Below, in pieces: positions 1 to 13,300 of a stretch of 64,000 nucleotides of DNA. The stretch covers positions 46,540,788 to 46,604,787 of the forward strand of contig CM120640.1 in NCBI GenBank assembly GCA_051362555.1. The letters run 5' to 3'. This DNA comes from Lingula anatina (taxonomy: Eukaryota > Animalia > Brachiopoda). Positions within the stretch are counted from its first letter, which is position 1; each line of letters starts with the position of its first letter. Made by a program: the position numbers and the translations under genes. Below the pieces are notes generated by a model. It saw only the letters and a program-made list of their open reading frames with translations, had not been told where the DNA came from and made no database searches.

Positions 1-396
1 AAGACATGAAAGTGACTTCAGTTTTGATAAACTGTTGAGTTTTCCTGTGCTCAGCTTTGCTACATCTTCGCGTGAGTATGAACAATGAGCCTAACTTCAT
101 TGTTGTATATTTTGCATTCGTCTTTCTACTCGCAATTTAAATAGAACATAATCAAAATTGTAGCATAGTGATTATATAGCATTTAAGTTGAAGAGTTGTG
201 GCCCCAGAACAGCATCTGATTCAGGGGTAGAAATACTTTTATCTTACTTTTAAAAAATTATTATTATAATTATTTTTTTTCCTTTGGAGAGGGGGCGGTG
301 CCTTTTTCTATAGAAAAAGTTCAATTTTTTTTCTAATTGGTGGTGTTTGGTTTTTCTGTCCTCCGGGTGTAAGGTTATATACTGTTTGAATTGCAG

Positions 397-3048
397 CCAT
401 CACGTGTCATAAGCCAAGAAGGAAATCTGGTGGGTTCACTCCATCAAAGACACCTATATCAGTGAAAAAAGGTGAAATGTGGATATATTTGTACTCTTTT
501 TCAAAAAAAAAAAAGCAAACAGAAAAATTCATTATCACTCTGTCATTTGTTCTTCTAAAAGATAATAATAGGTGAGACCATCACATTGCTTTGAAATAAA
601 TAAATCTGGTTTTAAATTATATTAGGTATTAACACACCAGTGCATACTCCAAGCCATGGATCCCAGGTGACAGTGGCGGCACCCCAGTCTGACTCCAGCC
701 ATGCAGAGGGTCTATACCGCACCAAGTCACAGACAGATCTCACACAAGGTTGCTTTCCAGTGCCAGACCAAGCTCAACAAAGTCCTGTGCAAACTGTAAC
801 TGTAAAGTCCAGTACAGTTTCCAATGATGTAGTGAGCACCAAAGAAGAGCACTGTCTAAATGAGACCTTTAGCCTACCTGTAGAGGAATGTACTCAGCTT
901 CAAGCAACTGTAACAGCCACAATATCTCAGCAACAGCCCACTGTAGTATTTGCAGAAACAGCTGTAGAAAATAAAGCTATGGCCCCAGTACACATAAGGC
1001 AGAATGCACAAGCAGTTGTTCCAAAAAGTAACTGCAGCAACAGCATCACTAAGACAGATACCTTGAGGAACCAGAACCGTGTTCATACACCACCCCCATC
1101 AAATCTCCACTTCCAGTCACAGGGTCATCAAGTTCAGTCTCAGACTATCACTAAATCACAGTCCGGCAGTGTGGTTGTTGCTGAAGGTAGTGAACTTGGA
1201 GAGAAGTGTGAGAGGAAGCCAAAAAGTCATGTCGTTAGAGCTATGCAGTTTGATGGACACAACATTGGAAGTCCTGTGGGTTAGTATTTTGTTTTTATTA
1301 TCTAAGTGCCAAAGAAGCTAGGTGATATCTTGTAATGTACTTGATATGTTTTATCATTTTGTGCTGAATTTAATTCTGTTCCTTCAATTATATTCATTTT
1401 TCATTACTGTATTTCTTAATGTCCTTCATACATTTTCTATAATTCTGCATCATTTTAATTTTTTTTCTATTTTTTTTTTTTTTAGGTAAAATGTCATTTG
1501 CAGATGCTGTGAAGTCACCAGCAAGATCTGCTGTACTTCAGGCCCACAGAGCACCTCTGTCTCCCTTGACCAACACACCACAGAGACTGGGGACACCAAA
1601 ATCAGGACCAAGTCTAGAAAGCAGCCAGTCTAAGTAAGTTGGCTTCATCAGAGACATGACCTGGTCTATTAAATTATTTATTAGCTCACTAAATTATATG
1701 ATCCCATTAAGACTTCATTAAATCTCTGTAATGCAAATCTGGAGCATTGTTTTGTTGAATTTATCATTAAAATGAAATTAATTTCATTAAAGTCTATCAT
1801 GTAACTTTACATTCCTACGCATGTCTTTTTTTCCATTTCCTGTATGTATGTGTAGATCATGTAAAAGAAACGTGTGCATACTTACAACTGATGAAAATTT
1901 GACATGATATCATATTTATTTTTTAGATGTGAAATATTCTGGTAAACAGCTGTATTATTGTAAAGCTGCCATTTATTTCTGAATCATTTCTCAATCAGGA
2001 ATGACAGACGTATGACATTTGCCAAGTCTGATGGTCTAGGAGGAAAACCAACATCCCAGAAACAAATAGGGGAACCTGTTATGTCCAGTGTTTCAATGAA
2101 AAATATGGCAGCCCTGCAGAAGATGGGACTCCCATCCATGTTGGATAAGTCAGCAAGTGTATCAAGACCAGTGCCAAAATATATGCAGCTGACTGCTTCT
2201 GCTGCTTATAAACGTAGACACCATAAGAGGTGAGTTTTCAGTTTGTGCCCTGACAATGTATGGACATATAACTCATTTATAGTATCTTAATTTAAAGGTT
2301 TTTAATTTGCAAACCCCCTAATTAAAATTTTTTAGCTAAATGATATTGCTGCTGCACTACAATGAAATACTATTGTAGCAATAGTTAAAATGCAGTTGTT
2401 TTGATACTATTTGTATTACATGACGTGCTGTTATGTCCAGATCTTGGTCATCAAAAGAGAACAGATCCCCAGCAGATGTAGACACATCATCAGGTAGACG
2501 TGGAAGTAGGGAGGACACCAGAGCAGGGCCAGTGAGAAGTCTGTAAGTTCAAACTGCATGATGCTTAGTTATGAGAACTTATTGATCATTACAGTATAGA
2601 GGGCCAGACTAAATTGATAAGTTGATTAAGGGAGAGATATTGTCAAATCCATAGTGCTGGCAATTTTAGAGCAAAAATGGTTGGGGGGTTCAGTTGTAAA
2701 TTGATTTCAAGATTAGAGTTGCATATGCTAGATGAAAAAACTTAACAGTTCTTTCTGGCCTAATTAATGAATTGTCAGTGTCGATAGTGTAGCATTGTGG
2801 TATTATTCTCTCTTATTGTTTTGATGTATTATGGATTTTATATGGCAATCACATTATCAAGTTTCTTTATAGACTGACGTTTATTGCATTTTGTTAGTAT
2901 ATTATAGTGTTATCTGTTGGCCATACATCATAGTTCTAAATAAATTTGATTGTAAAGGTGAAATTTGATCATGTGTTTATATTGTTCTAGGGCAAAATCT
3001 CGCTCCAAATCTGTGAACTCCTTAAACAGGACTGGATGGCAAAGATGA
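397..3048 (+). CDS. 3' exons of an intron-containing gene with a disordered S/P/T/K-rich C-terminal tail (possibly kinesin-8/KIF18-like); the 5' part lies outside the window
   Basis: Six phase-compatible AG/GT-bounded exons: 397-471, 626-1279, 1486-1633, 1999-2229, 2441-2542, 2991-3048 (TGA). Spliced peptide ...ITCHKPRRKSGGFTPSKTPISVKKG-INTPVHTP...-GKMSFADAVKSPARS...-RPVPKYMQLTASAAYKRRHHKR-SWSSKENRSP...-AKSRSKSVNSLNRTGWQR*. A possible 17-nt micro-exon lies at 55-71 and an AATAAA at 4004-4009. The exon structure is well supported; the family assignment is only an inference from the PxYMxxTxSAxxKR motif. Confidence 0.8.
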
Positions 3049-4358
3049 GAGAAAACAGTCATTGATCATCATGACAGGTGTAAATCCCTGTTTTGGCTCT
3101 GGTAAAAGGCTATTTAACACACCTATCAAAATTCAGACAAGCTAAAAAGTAATTTTTTATGTAAATATCAACCATAACTTTTGCATTTTCAATTTTACTT
3201 TAACTACTAGCTTACTGTATGTCACCAGGTTTGATATATTATGTAATATTGTTTTTGAGTAAACCTTGATGGAAAGTGAAATGCTCAGATTTAACTTGTG
3301 AATTATTGTTTGAAAATATGTGTATATAATATGTGTATTATATATATATTATTTTGAATGTAGCTTAACCGACCATTTGTCAAGTAGTATAGATCAAGGA
3401 CACAAGGTTTCATTTCCATGTTAGATTTAAATTACAGTGATTTTTCCTTCAAGTACTTGTCACTTTGTCTATTTATATATTTAACTATTTAAAAACTTAC
3501 ACGTCTTGAAATGGTTTGTGTAGGTTAACTGTTTATTCCCATTATGAAAAAAGCCGTCCCAGAGGTTCAGGCAGCTGGACCATCTAAAGTTGGTGCTGTG
3601 TTTATTCTGCCTGCAATGAGCTTGATCTGCAGTATAGACAACATTGATTATGCATAACATGATTTGACACAATATCAATTTTTATGTAATGCTGTAAGAT
3701 ACAAAAAGTTACTTTTTGGGATATAGATATGATCTCAGTCAAAAAATCTCGCAACCAGGGTATTTTTGTTACCATTTGTAATTCTAAAATTGAACAACAC
3801 ATTTACTCTGTCACTTGTACAGATATGCATGTTTTTCTTCTGCTTTCTTCTGAATCTGTGATATATATCGCTGTCATATTTTGCTTGAAATGCATGAGCT
3901 CAGTATGCTTCTCATAGAATTATTCATACAAAAATAGTTGCTAAAAATAGATGTGATTAAAGAGGAAATTTAGTTCAACCAAAGCACATGGTTACATTCT
4001 TTCAATAAATTTGATTTTAGTACACAGCATCATGAGTTTGTTCTAATCATGTGCATGTATTGAGAACTTAAATGGTATTCTGGCAGAAATATATAATAGT
4101 TGCAAAACTTTTGGTCTAAATGTATTTTTTAATTTGAAATGGTCCAGTTGTACAAAAATGCCAGTTGGGGCTCTTTTCATGTTTTATAAGAAAAAGGTGG
4201 GTAGATAGCTTACTAGTGATTTCCAGCCGAGTACGGCAAAATTTTAATTCTCCTGGCCTAAAAATATCTTGCCTCGGTGTGGCATTGTTTCAAAACGGGC
4301 CCAAGTCACTCTAGGGACCCGTAAGTGAATATCAACTGTTTCAAACACGAAGAACAAT

Positions 4359-7300
4359 TTAATTCTTGCAGTCGACTTTTGATGGACGGTCACAAGCCTT
4401 GGTATCGGGGTCAAACAAAAGTCCACCAAAACACCTGACGTGACGCCTAGCTTTTCCAGTGCACAAGTAAAACATGGAACAGTCGGCAGGATCGGCGAAA
4501 ATGCCGATGTTGTTTCCACATTGAAAAGATCGATCTAAAAAAAAAAAAAAACATTGTTCATTAATTTTATATATAGAAATATGGCACTTGTGGAAATATT
4601 CGTATCGTAACAGAAGTAAAAGTCAGTCAGTTTACTAAATGCATAAAACATCGTCTGCCTTTAACTTACTGAGGACTTTGTTTCTGATTCCCCAAGAAGA
4701 TATGTATTGAAGGAATATGCTGGTTAGGTTATACAGTGACCTACCTGTTGCCTTAGATGTACTTGGGAATGTTGCCTGTGGTACCGGCGGTGTTACAGAC
4801 TGTTTGATAGTTTTCGTGGACGCTGAAGATGAGTCTGCTGCCGTCGTTGGGTTTGATGTAGTTGTGACTGCTACTGTCGTAGGTTCTAATGTTGTTGACG
4901 ATGTTGTAGCCAGTGACGTCGTTGGTTTTATTGTTGTTGAGGTCGCTGTTGTCGTTTGTGTTGTTACTGACGCTGTCGTGGCCATTGGCCTCGTTGGTTC
5001 TGACACTGTGGTTGTGGGTTCTGGCGTTTTTAATTCTGACGTTGTTGAGGTTGCTTCTCTTGTTGGTTGTGATGTTACTGCTGCTGTTGTTGTGGACGAT
5101 GATGTCGATTCTGATGATAGTGTTGTTTCTGCTTCTGTGGTTGGTTTTCTTTTTAACGTTGTTGTGGCCGATGATGTTGTTGAAACTGTTGTTGTGGACG
5201 CTGTTGTTGTTGTTGGTTCTGATGTCGTTGGGGATGTTTTGGCTGCTGTAGTTTTTGACACTGTTGTTGTGGCCTCTGATGTTCCTTCAAATGCCGGTGA
5301 CGCTGTTGTTGGGGCAGCTGAAGCCGCTGATTCTGTTGTTGTTGTTGAGGTCGCTGTTGTTGTCAGTTGTGACTTTACTGATGTTGCTTTTGAGGCCGCT
5401 TTTGTTAGTTCTGGTGATATTGACGCTGTTGTGAATGTTGTTGTCGGTGCTGACTCTATTGTTGTGACCGCTGAAGTTGATGATTCTGATGTTGTTGCTG
5501 AGGTCTTTTTTATTGTTGGTTGTGATTTTACTGATGCCGATGCTGTGGCCTCTTTTGATGGTTCTGGTGCTATTGACGCTGTCATGACTGCTGTCGTCGA
5601 TGCTGATGTTACTGACCCTATTTTCGTGACTGCTGATGTCATTGACTCGGACGTTGATAATACAGGTTGTACGGGCGTTGTTATCCTCGACATGGTCGTC
5701 ACTATAGTGGGCGTCGGTGCTTTCACTGTGCTTTGTAACGTTGTTCGCACTACAGTTGATTTCAACGTTATCGTTGGTTCTTGTGTTGTTGATCCTAAAG
5801 TCGTCTTTGGTCTTCTACCGTCTGTTGTTGATATTTGTTTCGCCAAAACTGCAGGTACACAGTTCACGTAGCGCGGCCAGTCACATGCAAGCTTTGCCTC
5901 GTTATAATGCAAAGGTTTCATACAGCGAATGCGTCTTCCTACTCCACGAACGCAGAAATAGTACGCTGAACAGTCAAACGGATCGCGATATCTTGCCAAA
6001 TCGTCTTTGCCTTCACAAGTGAATGCTTCCGCTGGAACATAAAGCAAAGTGTTCTTTGAACCACATTCCAAACTTCTACTTGCGGAAAAAACTAAAACGG
6101 TAACTTTGCCACGTATATCAAGGAAGGGAGACTAAAGAACATGATTTTTTTAATAATTAACTTATTTTATTTATTAATCTATTGAGAGCAGGCACAACCT
6201 TAACAATACCTGTTGGTTGTGATGCAAAAGTGGCCTCCGTCTGGGCAGTAGTTGACAAACGCAGCGTTGTTTCTTTTTCTTTCTTCACTGACGTTGTGGT
6301 CACTGGCTTGGTGGTTTCAGGCTCCTCAGTTGTGGGTGGCGACACCTCAATAGCTGGTATACATCTGTAGTTGAACTCCCAGTCGCACGCCTTGTTGTTA
6401 GGGTTGAAAATGAGCGGTTTAATGCAAGTGATGTGTCTGCGCTGTCCACCCGATAGGCACAGATAATATGATCTGCAGTTGAAGGGATCTGCATAGTGAC
6501 CAATACTTTTGCCTTTACAGGTGAAGGGGTATGCTGAAAACGAAGTTAAGGATTGCTTGAGTAATATCTTAGGAACACTGCAGTGAATTACATTTTGATT
6601 CATGAACGAGAAAGTCGTATGCAAAGTTTCAAATACCACATAAAATACATGCAGTTACCACTGGGTTACTCAATACTGACATTTATTGTGTAGTTCTCAT
6701 CTATTTCCAGTTATGGCATAGTTAAAGCAACAATAACCCTCCTCACGCCATACTTGACAAGGTAAAGAAACCATTCTATATTGGCATATTCAGCAGTCAT
6801 TACGGTTTTGTAGCAAAAAATCTGGTATAAATAATAATATCATAAAGATTAGCCACATGTAAGAGGAACCACTCACCTGTAGGCCGTGGACCAAGCGTTG
6901 GTTTTGTGGTGGTTTTCTGGCGTTCTGTCCAGGCTGGTTGCTGCCGTTTAGTGGAGGTCTTCCGTTGTGGTTTCTGCGAAGACATTGTCACGCCTGCCAC
7001 GGGGCTTGAGCTAGAGTATGGATGGGTGACCATTTCGGCTTCGGTGCACTTGGCATTAAAATGCCAATCGCATGAACCGATCTCGCGGTTAAACTTAAGG
7101 TTCCCCATGCACTGAAGGTGACGTCCTTTGCCACCAATACAGAGGTAGTACATAGAACAATCAAAGGGATCGGCGAAGCGTCCGTTTCTCTTTCCTTCAC
7201 ATGTAAACGGGTATGCTGAAATTATCCAAATTCATATATGTCCTATGCATATCATTTACACTGATTTTGTTTTGGCTGACGGGAAACATAAAAAAATTGA

Positions 7301-10300
7301 TATAACACATAGTGGGGATAATTCAAATATATGTATTTACCTATAATCAATTAGGTTGTCTTTTACATATTGAAAAACGTAAAGACAGATTGAAGCAAAA
7401 TTACTTTTGAACATTTACTTAACAACTCAATCCACATGTACTAACCGGTGACTTTCGGCCTGGTCGATTCCGTCGATTGCTCTGGTGTTGTTGTTTTTGT
7501 TAAGTCCTTCGTGGGGATAACCGCACCGGTCCGAGGTCCGTTCGTGGTTTGGCGAACTGGACCTTGACTTTCCACTGGTCGATGTGTCGTCGTTGGAGGA
7601 CGAGTGACCAAAACAGCTGGCGTGCATTTCACCCTATCTGGCCAGTCACAAGATTGATTCTTTGGGCTGAAAACCAAACCCCTGCCACATGACAAGTGCC
7701 GAGCGCTGCCAAACAGACAGAGATAGAACGAAGCGCAGTCGAAAGGATCTGCGTGGCGTCCTGAGGGTTTACCTTGGCAGGTGAAAGGATAAGCTAAAAA
7801 GTTTGAAAAAAATCGTGTTAATGATTCGAGAAGAATGTCACACAAAGCATCATGTTAAACCTTTTTTATTTGACATCTGTGTACTGACAGTCTTCAAAAA
7901 ACAATCTGCGAATCCAATGCATTTATGTATGAGTAAGTCTAAAACAAGCAAAAGCATATTACTATTTAATCAAAGAAAAGATAAGATGGTGTTCCATTTT
8001 GTTTCATCTAATACTGTAACTTTATCTTTTGACAAATCACTGTATTTACCTGTTGGTCTTGTCATTGTTGTTTCGGTAACACTTGGGTATGGCATGGTCG
8101 GCTTAGTAACCGTTATTTTTCCTTCTCTATAAGGCCGTGTCGTCGTTGCTGCCGCGCTGCTAGCTGCTCGGGTACTTGGGGGCGCGTCCGTAGTGGGCCT
8201 CGGGACCAGTTTAGCCTCTACGCAGTTGACTTTAAAAGCCCAATCGCAGGCACCATTGTCCTTATTGAACTTTAAGGGGGTTCGACATTTCATGTGTCTC
8301 TGTGATGACCCGATACAGAAGTAGAAAGATTCGCAATCGAATGGATCTGGATAATAACCCGTTGTCTTCCCTACGCAGGTAAAGGGGTATGCTGGAAATG
8401 AAAAAGTCGCGAGAGAGCATTAACTTTATTGTTTGTGTATTTTGACTCTATGTATAAACATTGAAACCAAGATAACATTGATCATGTATGCTTTGATTCA
8501 ATCCAATAATATTTATTAATTTACTAATCCAACAAAAAAAGTTGCAGTCCAACGAAAAAGGAAATTAGAATGCATTTGTCGTACAAACAGTAAATTAGTA
8601 AGGTATTACTGAGTTTTAAAAAACAAAAAAGTGATCGTTTAGTTTTACAAAACTATCAATTTCCGTGTAGGCTCCATTTCAAAGCAATGTCTGCAATCTT
8701 GATGCCAAATGCTTACCTGTAGGTTGGACCGTCGTGACAGGCGTAGTCTGCTCAACCTTAGTCGTAGTTCTTTGCTGGGTTGGTTTATAAAAGGTTACTT
8801 TCTCCCTTGGGGTTGATGGAACGTACTTTTTGGTCACCTTATTGGCTTCCGTTGGCGGCAAGGTCACCATGATCGCAGGGACACAGTTGGTGTTTTGTGG
8901 CCAATCGCATGCACGGGTCTCGGGGTTGAAGATCAGGTTACCGCGACATAGATATTTTTTCATAGTTTGGAAGACGCAGATGTAGAACGACTTGCAGTCA
9001 AATGGATCTGCATACCGCCCTGTTGCTTTGCCATCGCATGTAAATGGATAAGCTGAAAAGGTTTTTCAAACCAATGGTGATGTCTTGAAACTACAGAAAA
9101 GCAATTTAAGAAATTGAACGTAAGTGCATACAAAGGCAAGATATAGTTCTTGCATATCCTGTTCGATTTATTGCTATTAATTCAAAATCATATCAAAAAG
9201 CGTCACACTGAACGGGCTTACCTGTAGGTCTAATTGGAGTGGTTAATGTAGTCTGCACTCCATACACTGGCCTTGCTGTTGTGCGCCTACCGCCCAGAGA
9301 CTTAGGAGTAGGTCTTATTCGCACCGGTTTCGGTGTCGTTGCTCGCGTGGGGCCGGGCGTAGTTGGCGGGTACGTGACCATTATTGCTGTCACGCACGGT
9401 GGTCTTATATTGAACGCCCAGTCACAGAATCCTGTCTTAGGGTTAAAATGAAGGCCACCAAGACACTGTTGCCGCTGCATTCTGAGGCCACCAAGGCAAG
9501 TGTAGAACTTGCCACAGTCAAATGGATCAGCATGACTGCCTAATTGCTTTCCAGAACACGAAAATGGATACGCTGGAATGAACGGAAATACTTTTGTTTG
9601 GCTGGTTAACTAAACGATAACTGATGAAGGGTAATGTCGCGAAACATTTTACTTTAACGTCATATTTACCTTTTCCATCCATTCAAAAAAAATTCTGATA
9701 AATTTTAAATGTTACTAGCCTAAAACAAACCTTTTATATTTCAATAATTTGACTTAAAACAAAGTTCTTACCCCAACACAAATAATTAACCGGGTTACCC
9801 CTTTATTTATTTTCTATTATTATTTGCATCATTTGTTATGTACGCCCAATAGGCTATATTTATACTGATCTTTTGCTGATCAAACAATTAGATCTCTTCA
9901 TTAAAATGTTTCTTCAAGTATGAAAAATATTGCCATTTGATTATTACACTGTTTTGCATTGTTTCTTATTTTATGGTTAAGTTGTTTATGTTACACTACC
10001 ATCATCATATGCATACATCAGATATCAAAATGCAATATGACAAAAGATAAAGCACAGTCCCATGCTGTACCTGTTGGCGGTTCCTGGGTCGTTGTTGGCT
10101 GAGGGGGGGTTAAAGTTCGCCTACGCGTAGTCACAATGCGTCGCCTCGTGGTCGGTCGTCTCCAAGGTGTAGATGGCGCCCTAGTACGAACTGTACTCCC
10201 GGGCGTGGTGGGAGGGTGCGTCACCATAACTGCCGGAGTACATGGTGGTTTAATATTTCTCGGCCAGTCACAAGCTTTCGTTTTTGGATTGAAATGAAGA

Positions 10301-13300
10301 ACCCCTCTGCATTTATTATGCTGTAGCCTTCCGCCACCAAGACATCTGTAGTATCCACTACAGTCAAACGGATCTGGATGGCTTCCAGCTCGTTTTCCGC
10401 TACACGTAAATGGATAGGCTGAAAGTGATCAAGTAAGATTAAAAAGAAGACTTATTAATCTGCGTCTATGGTGTTTGACAAATTACATTATTGTTAATTT
10501 CCCCAAATTATCCTTTTTGATGGTATCAATAATTTATTGAATTGACCTCTATCAATTAAAAAAAATTGAAATCGTTTTGAATCAGTGTAAGAAGGGAGTC
10601 CATACATACCAGTAGGTGGGTTCGTTGTAGTCTGCAGGCGTGGAGCAGTTGTCCGAATTCTCGTTGGTTTTGGTCTTCGGGTTGTGCCCCTCGTTCTTAC
10701 TGGAGGAGCCGTGACCCTCACACGTTTAGTCGTAGTTTGGGTCGGACGGGAAGGAGGGCAGGTGCCGTCCCAGTTGTCACCCGCGTCGTCGCACGTGCCT
10801 CGGTCTGGGTTGAAGTACTGGTTTCCTTCACAACCTATTCTCTGCTGAACGGCCCCGAGGCAGGCGTAGAAAAACTTACAGTCTTCAGGGTCAGGGTAGC
10901 TTCCGAATGATTTTCCCTTGCAGAAAGCAACGTCTGAATAATAAAGAGGAATGATTAGAGGTAAATTCTTCTCTAATTATCGTTCGTATAGTTACCCATT
11001 CATCTTATGCACAAAAGCCAATACAGGTACCACTAATTTAAGCAAAAGTATTTTGAAAAAGTAAGCAATGAGGTGCATGTACTGAGTATTTTAGAAATTA
11101 ATCGTGCTTGAGTAAGAAAAAATCAGATTCACGCCTGTTTGGAGATGAGTCTGTTTCAGGATTTTAGTCTTGTAAGAATGATTTTATAACATTATTGAAG
11201 GTAATTATCAAAAATTACAGAAATGGTTTATTGTCAGTAGATTTACCTTCTGGTGCTGGTAACGGAATTGGAATCACTGGTCCAGTTTCAGAGGAGGTAA
11301 CAAAAGGTTCAACAGGTGCCGCTGTTGTTGTAGTTGTAGTTGTAGTAGCCGGGCAGCGTTTAGGAAGTTTAAAAGATGGAAACCTTTGGGGCCTCCTAAA
11401 TACTTGGTTTATGGCTGATAGCAAAGGATATTTCCCCTGCCCACAGTTTTGACCTGTGAAGTCGTCCAGATCTAATGACCAGATCATTGCCCCGCCGAGT
11501 TTTTGGTCTATGATGTATTTTGCCTGAAAACAGACAGGGGTGTGGGTGATCCCATTTTTGAGGGGAAAATTTCTCTGTTTATTTTTTAGATACCTATTTG
11601 AGTTTACTCTCGTTTAATTGATAAACAAAAAGTGGGCTCATCTTAAAACATGAATCCAGCAACAATGTTATTCATCGTGTGAAGGTTTAAAGGGTGAGTC
11701 GTCAGTTTGCCTTACTAAAAATAAGTGAGTAGTGCACTCTCCGCAGACTTCGAAACTGAGCGCCAACAGATATAACGCCACATGTCAGTAAACATTGAGC
11801 TTTTGGCGAAAAATCAAAATTTTCATTTTTATCAAATTATTACTACACGATTCAGTTAATCGAACATATCATTGGGTAAAGCCATACCTTCAACTGAATG
11901 CTAGTGACGTTATCATAGCTGACCCAGCCCATGGAAGAGACACTGTAGGCGTAAGGTGCTGCTTGCTCCTCACTCCATTTGGTTACCCAGTTCTCATCAA
12001 GGATTTTCTTGCAAACCTAAATAACAAAATAAATACAAAATATCATGCAGCTCTTCAATTGCACTTTGTAATAGCTATAGTTAAAACCGTAATTTGTACT
12101 GCATATGAAGCAGTGCCAGGGGGATGCATTTATTTTTATGATATTTTTGGCTTTATGAGTTGTACAGCCCCTTTTGAGTTTATCACATAAAAGCTCGTGG
12201 TTATATATCTATTAAAGTAATGCATGAAACAAATGAAATAAAGTGTGTTTCAAAAGTGTGGTCGAAAAACATCGTTGCAGGAATATGGCACCTCGTAATA
12301 AGCAATAAATCCAGGTTCGTTCGTGTACGTTCCACTGATACCACGTCCCCCACTGGGGTCTGTAGGCTCGGTTAGGGTTGGGCTCGCCAGGCGAAAGGTA
12401 TGGCCAAACATGCCCATGCCTACAACAAGTTTATGTCTCGGAATCCCCTGTTTCAGCCAATAGTTGATGATGAAGTACTGCAATATCAGCAAAAAATATA
12501 TGAAGTTATTTGACTTTAAGTTATTAGCATTTTTCCTCATCTCTTTCAATTTTTTTATTTCTCCGTCTTATCATTTATCATTATTACTATTGTTATTATT
12601 TGAAAAACTACCCGCACACATGTTAACATTTCAAAAACACTCGACGATTTAAAGGTAAATTATCTCATTCTCGACCGCTTTTGGTTGTTTTACCATGTTC
12701 CTCTCCAGTCCCCATTCTGTATATTGCTCAGCACAGGTGTGATACAGTGGGCTGTTAATACCCAGTACAGAGCCCTCTGAACTGTAGAAGTCAAAACCAA
12801 TCACCGATAGAAAATCCACGTATCTGAAACAATAGGTTGAAATAAAGCTAACCATTGCCAATCAATGCAAAATATTATTAAGGGTTAAATACTAAGTGCT
12901 GGATAAAGACAAACAAAGTTCTGGTTAGGAAGTGAAAGGGCACAATACTGTTACACAGACTGTAAACTATATATCTGAGATCTAATGTAAAACGATTACC
13001 AAATCAAATGCCCTTTAAGACAACGTGATAGGTAATCTGACACCAGCTTACTTATGGATATGGCATGCCTCGTAACCAGTGTCTATAACTTTGACATTCT
13101 GTGCCACTGCCGCCGACAGGAGAAGCTTAGTGCGGTTTGTCGACGAGGCATCCTTTTCTATGGCAGCGCGGAGTTCCTAAAATCGTTGTAATATAACGAA
13201 ACCTGAGCTTTATTTAATGTATTTATTATTTACTGACCATCACCCTGTCGACCGCACGTCCAGCGACAAGCTGCACACATTGAGTTAAATGCATTTTGTA

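Noticed and set aside
4244-4519. 91-aa minus-strand ORF from the track
   Set aside because: Wrong frame. The spliced frame from acceptor 4534 gives the final CBM14 ending at TAA 4359.
4717-5871. 384-aa Val-rich + strand ORF, and similar ORFs at 40881-41741, 25755-26087, 27785-28105, 36663-36917 and others
   Set aside because: These are antisense shadows of Thr-rich minus-strand exons. ACN repeats read as GTN/NGT and lack stops. They have no independent splice signals or domain content.
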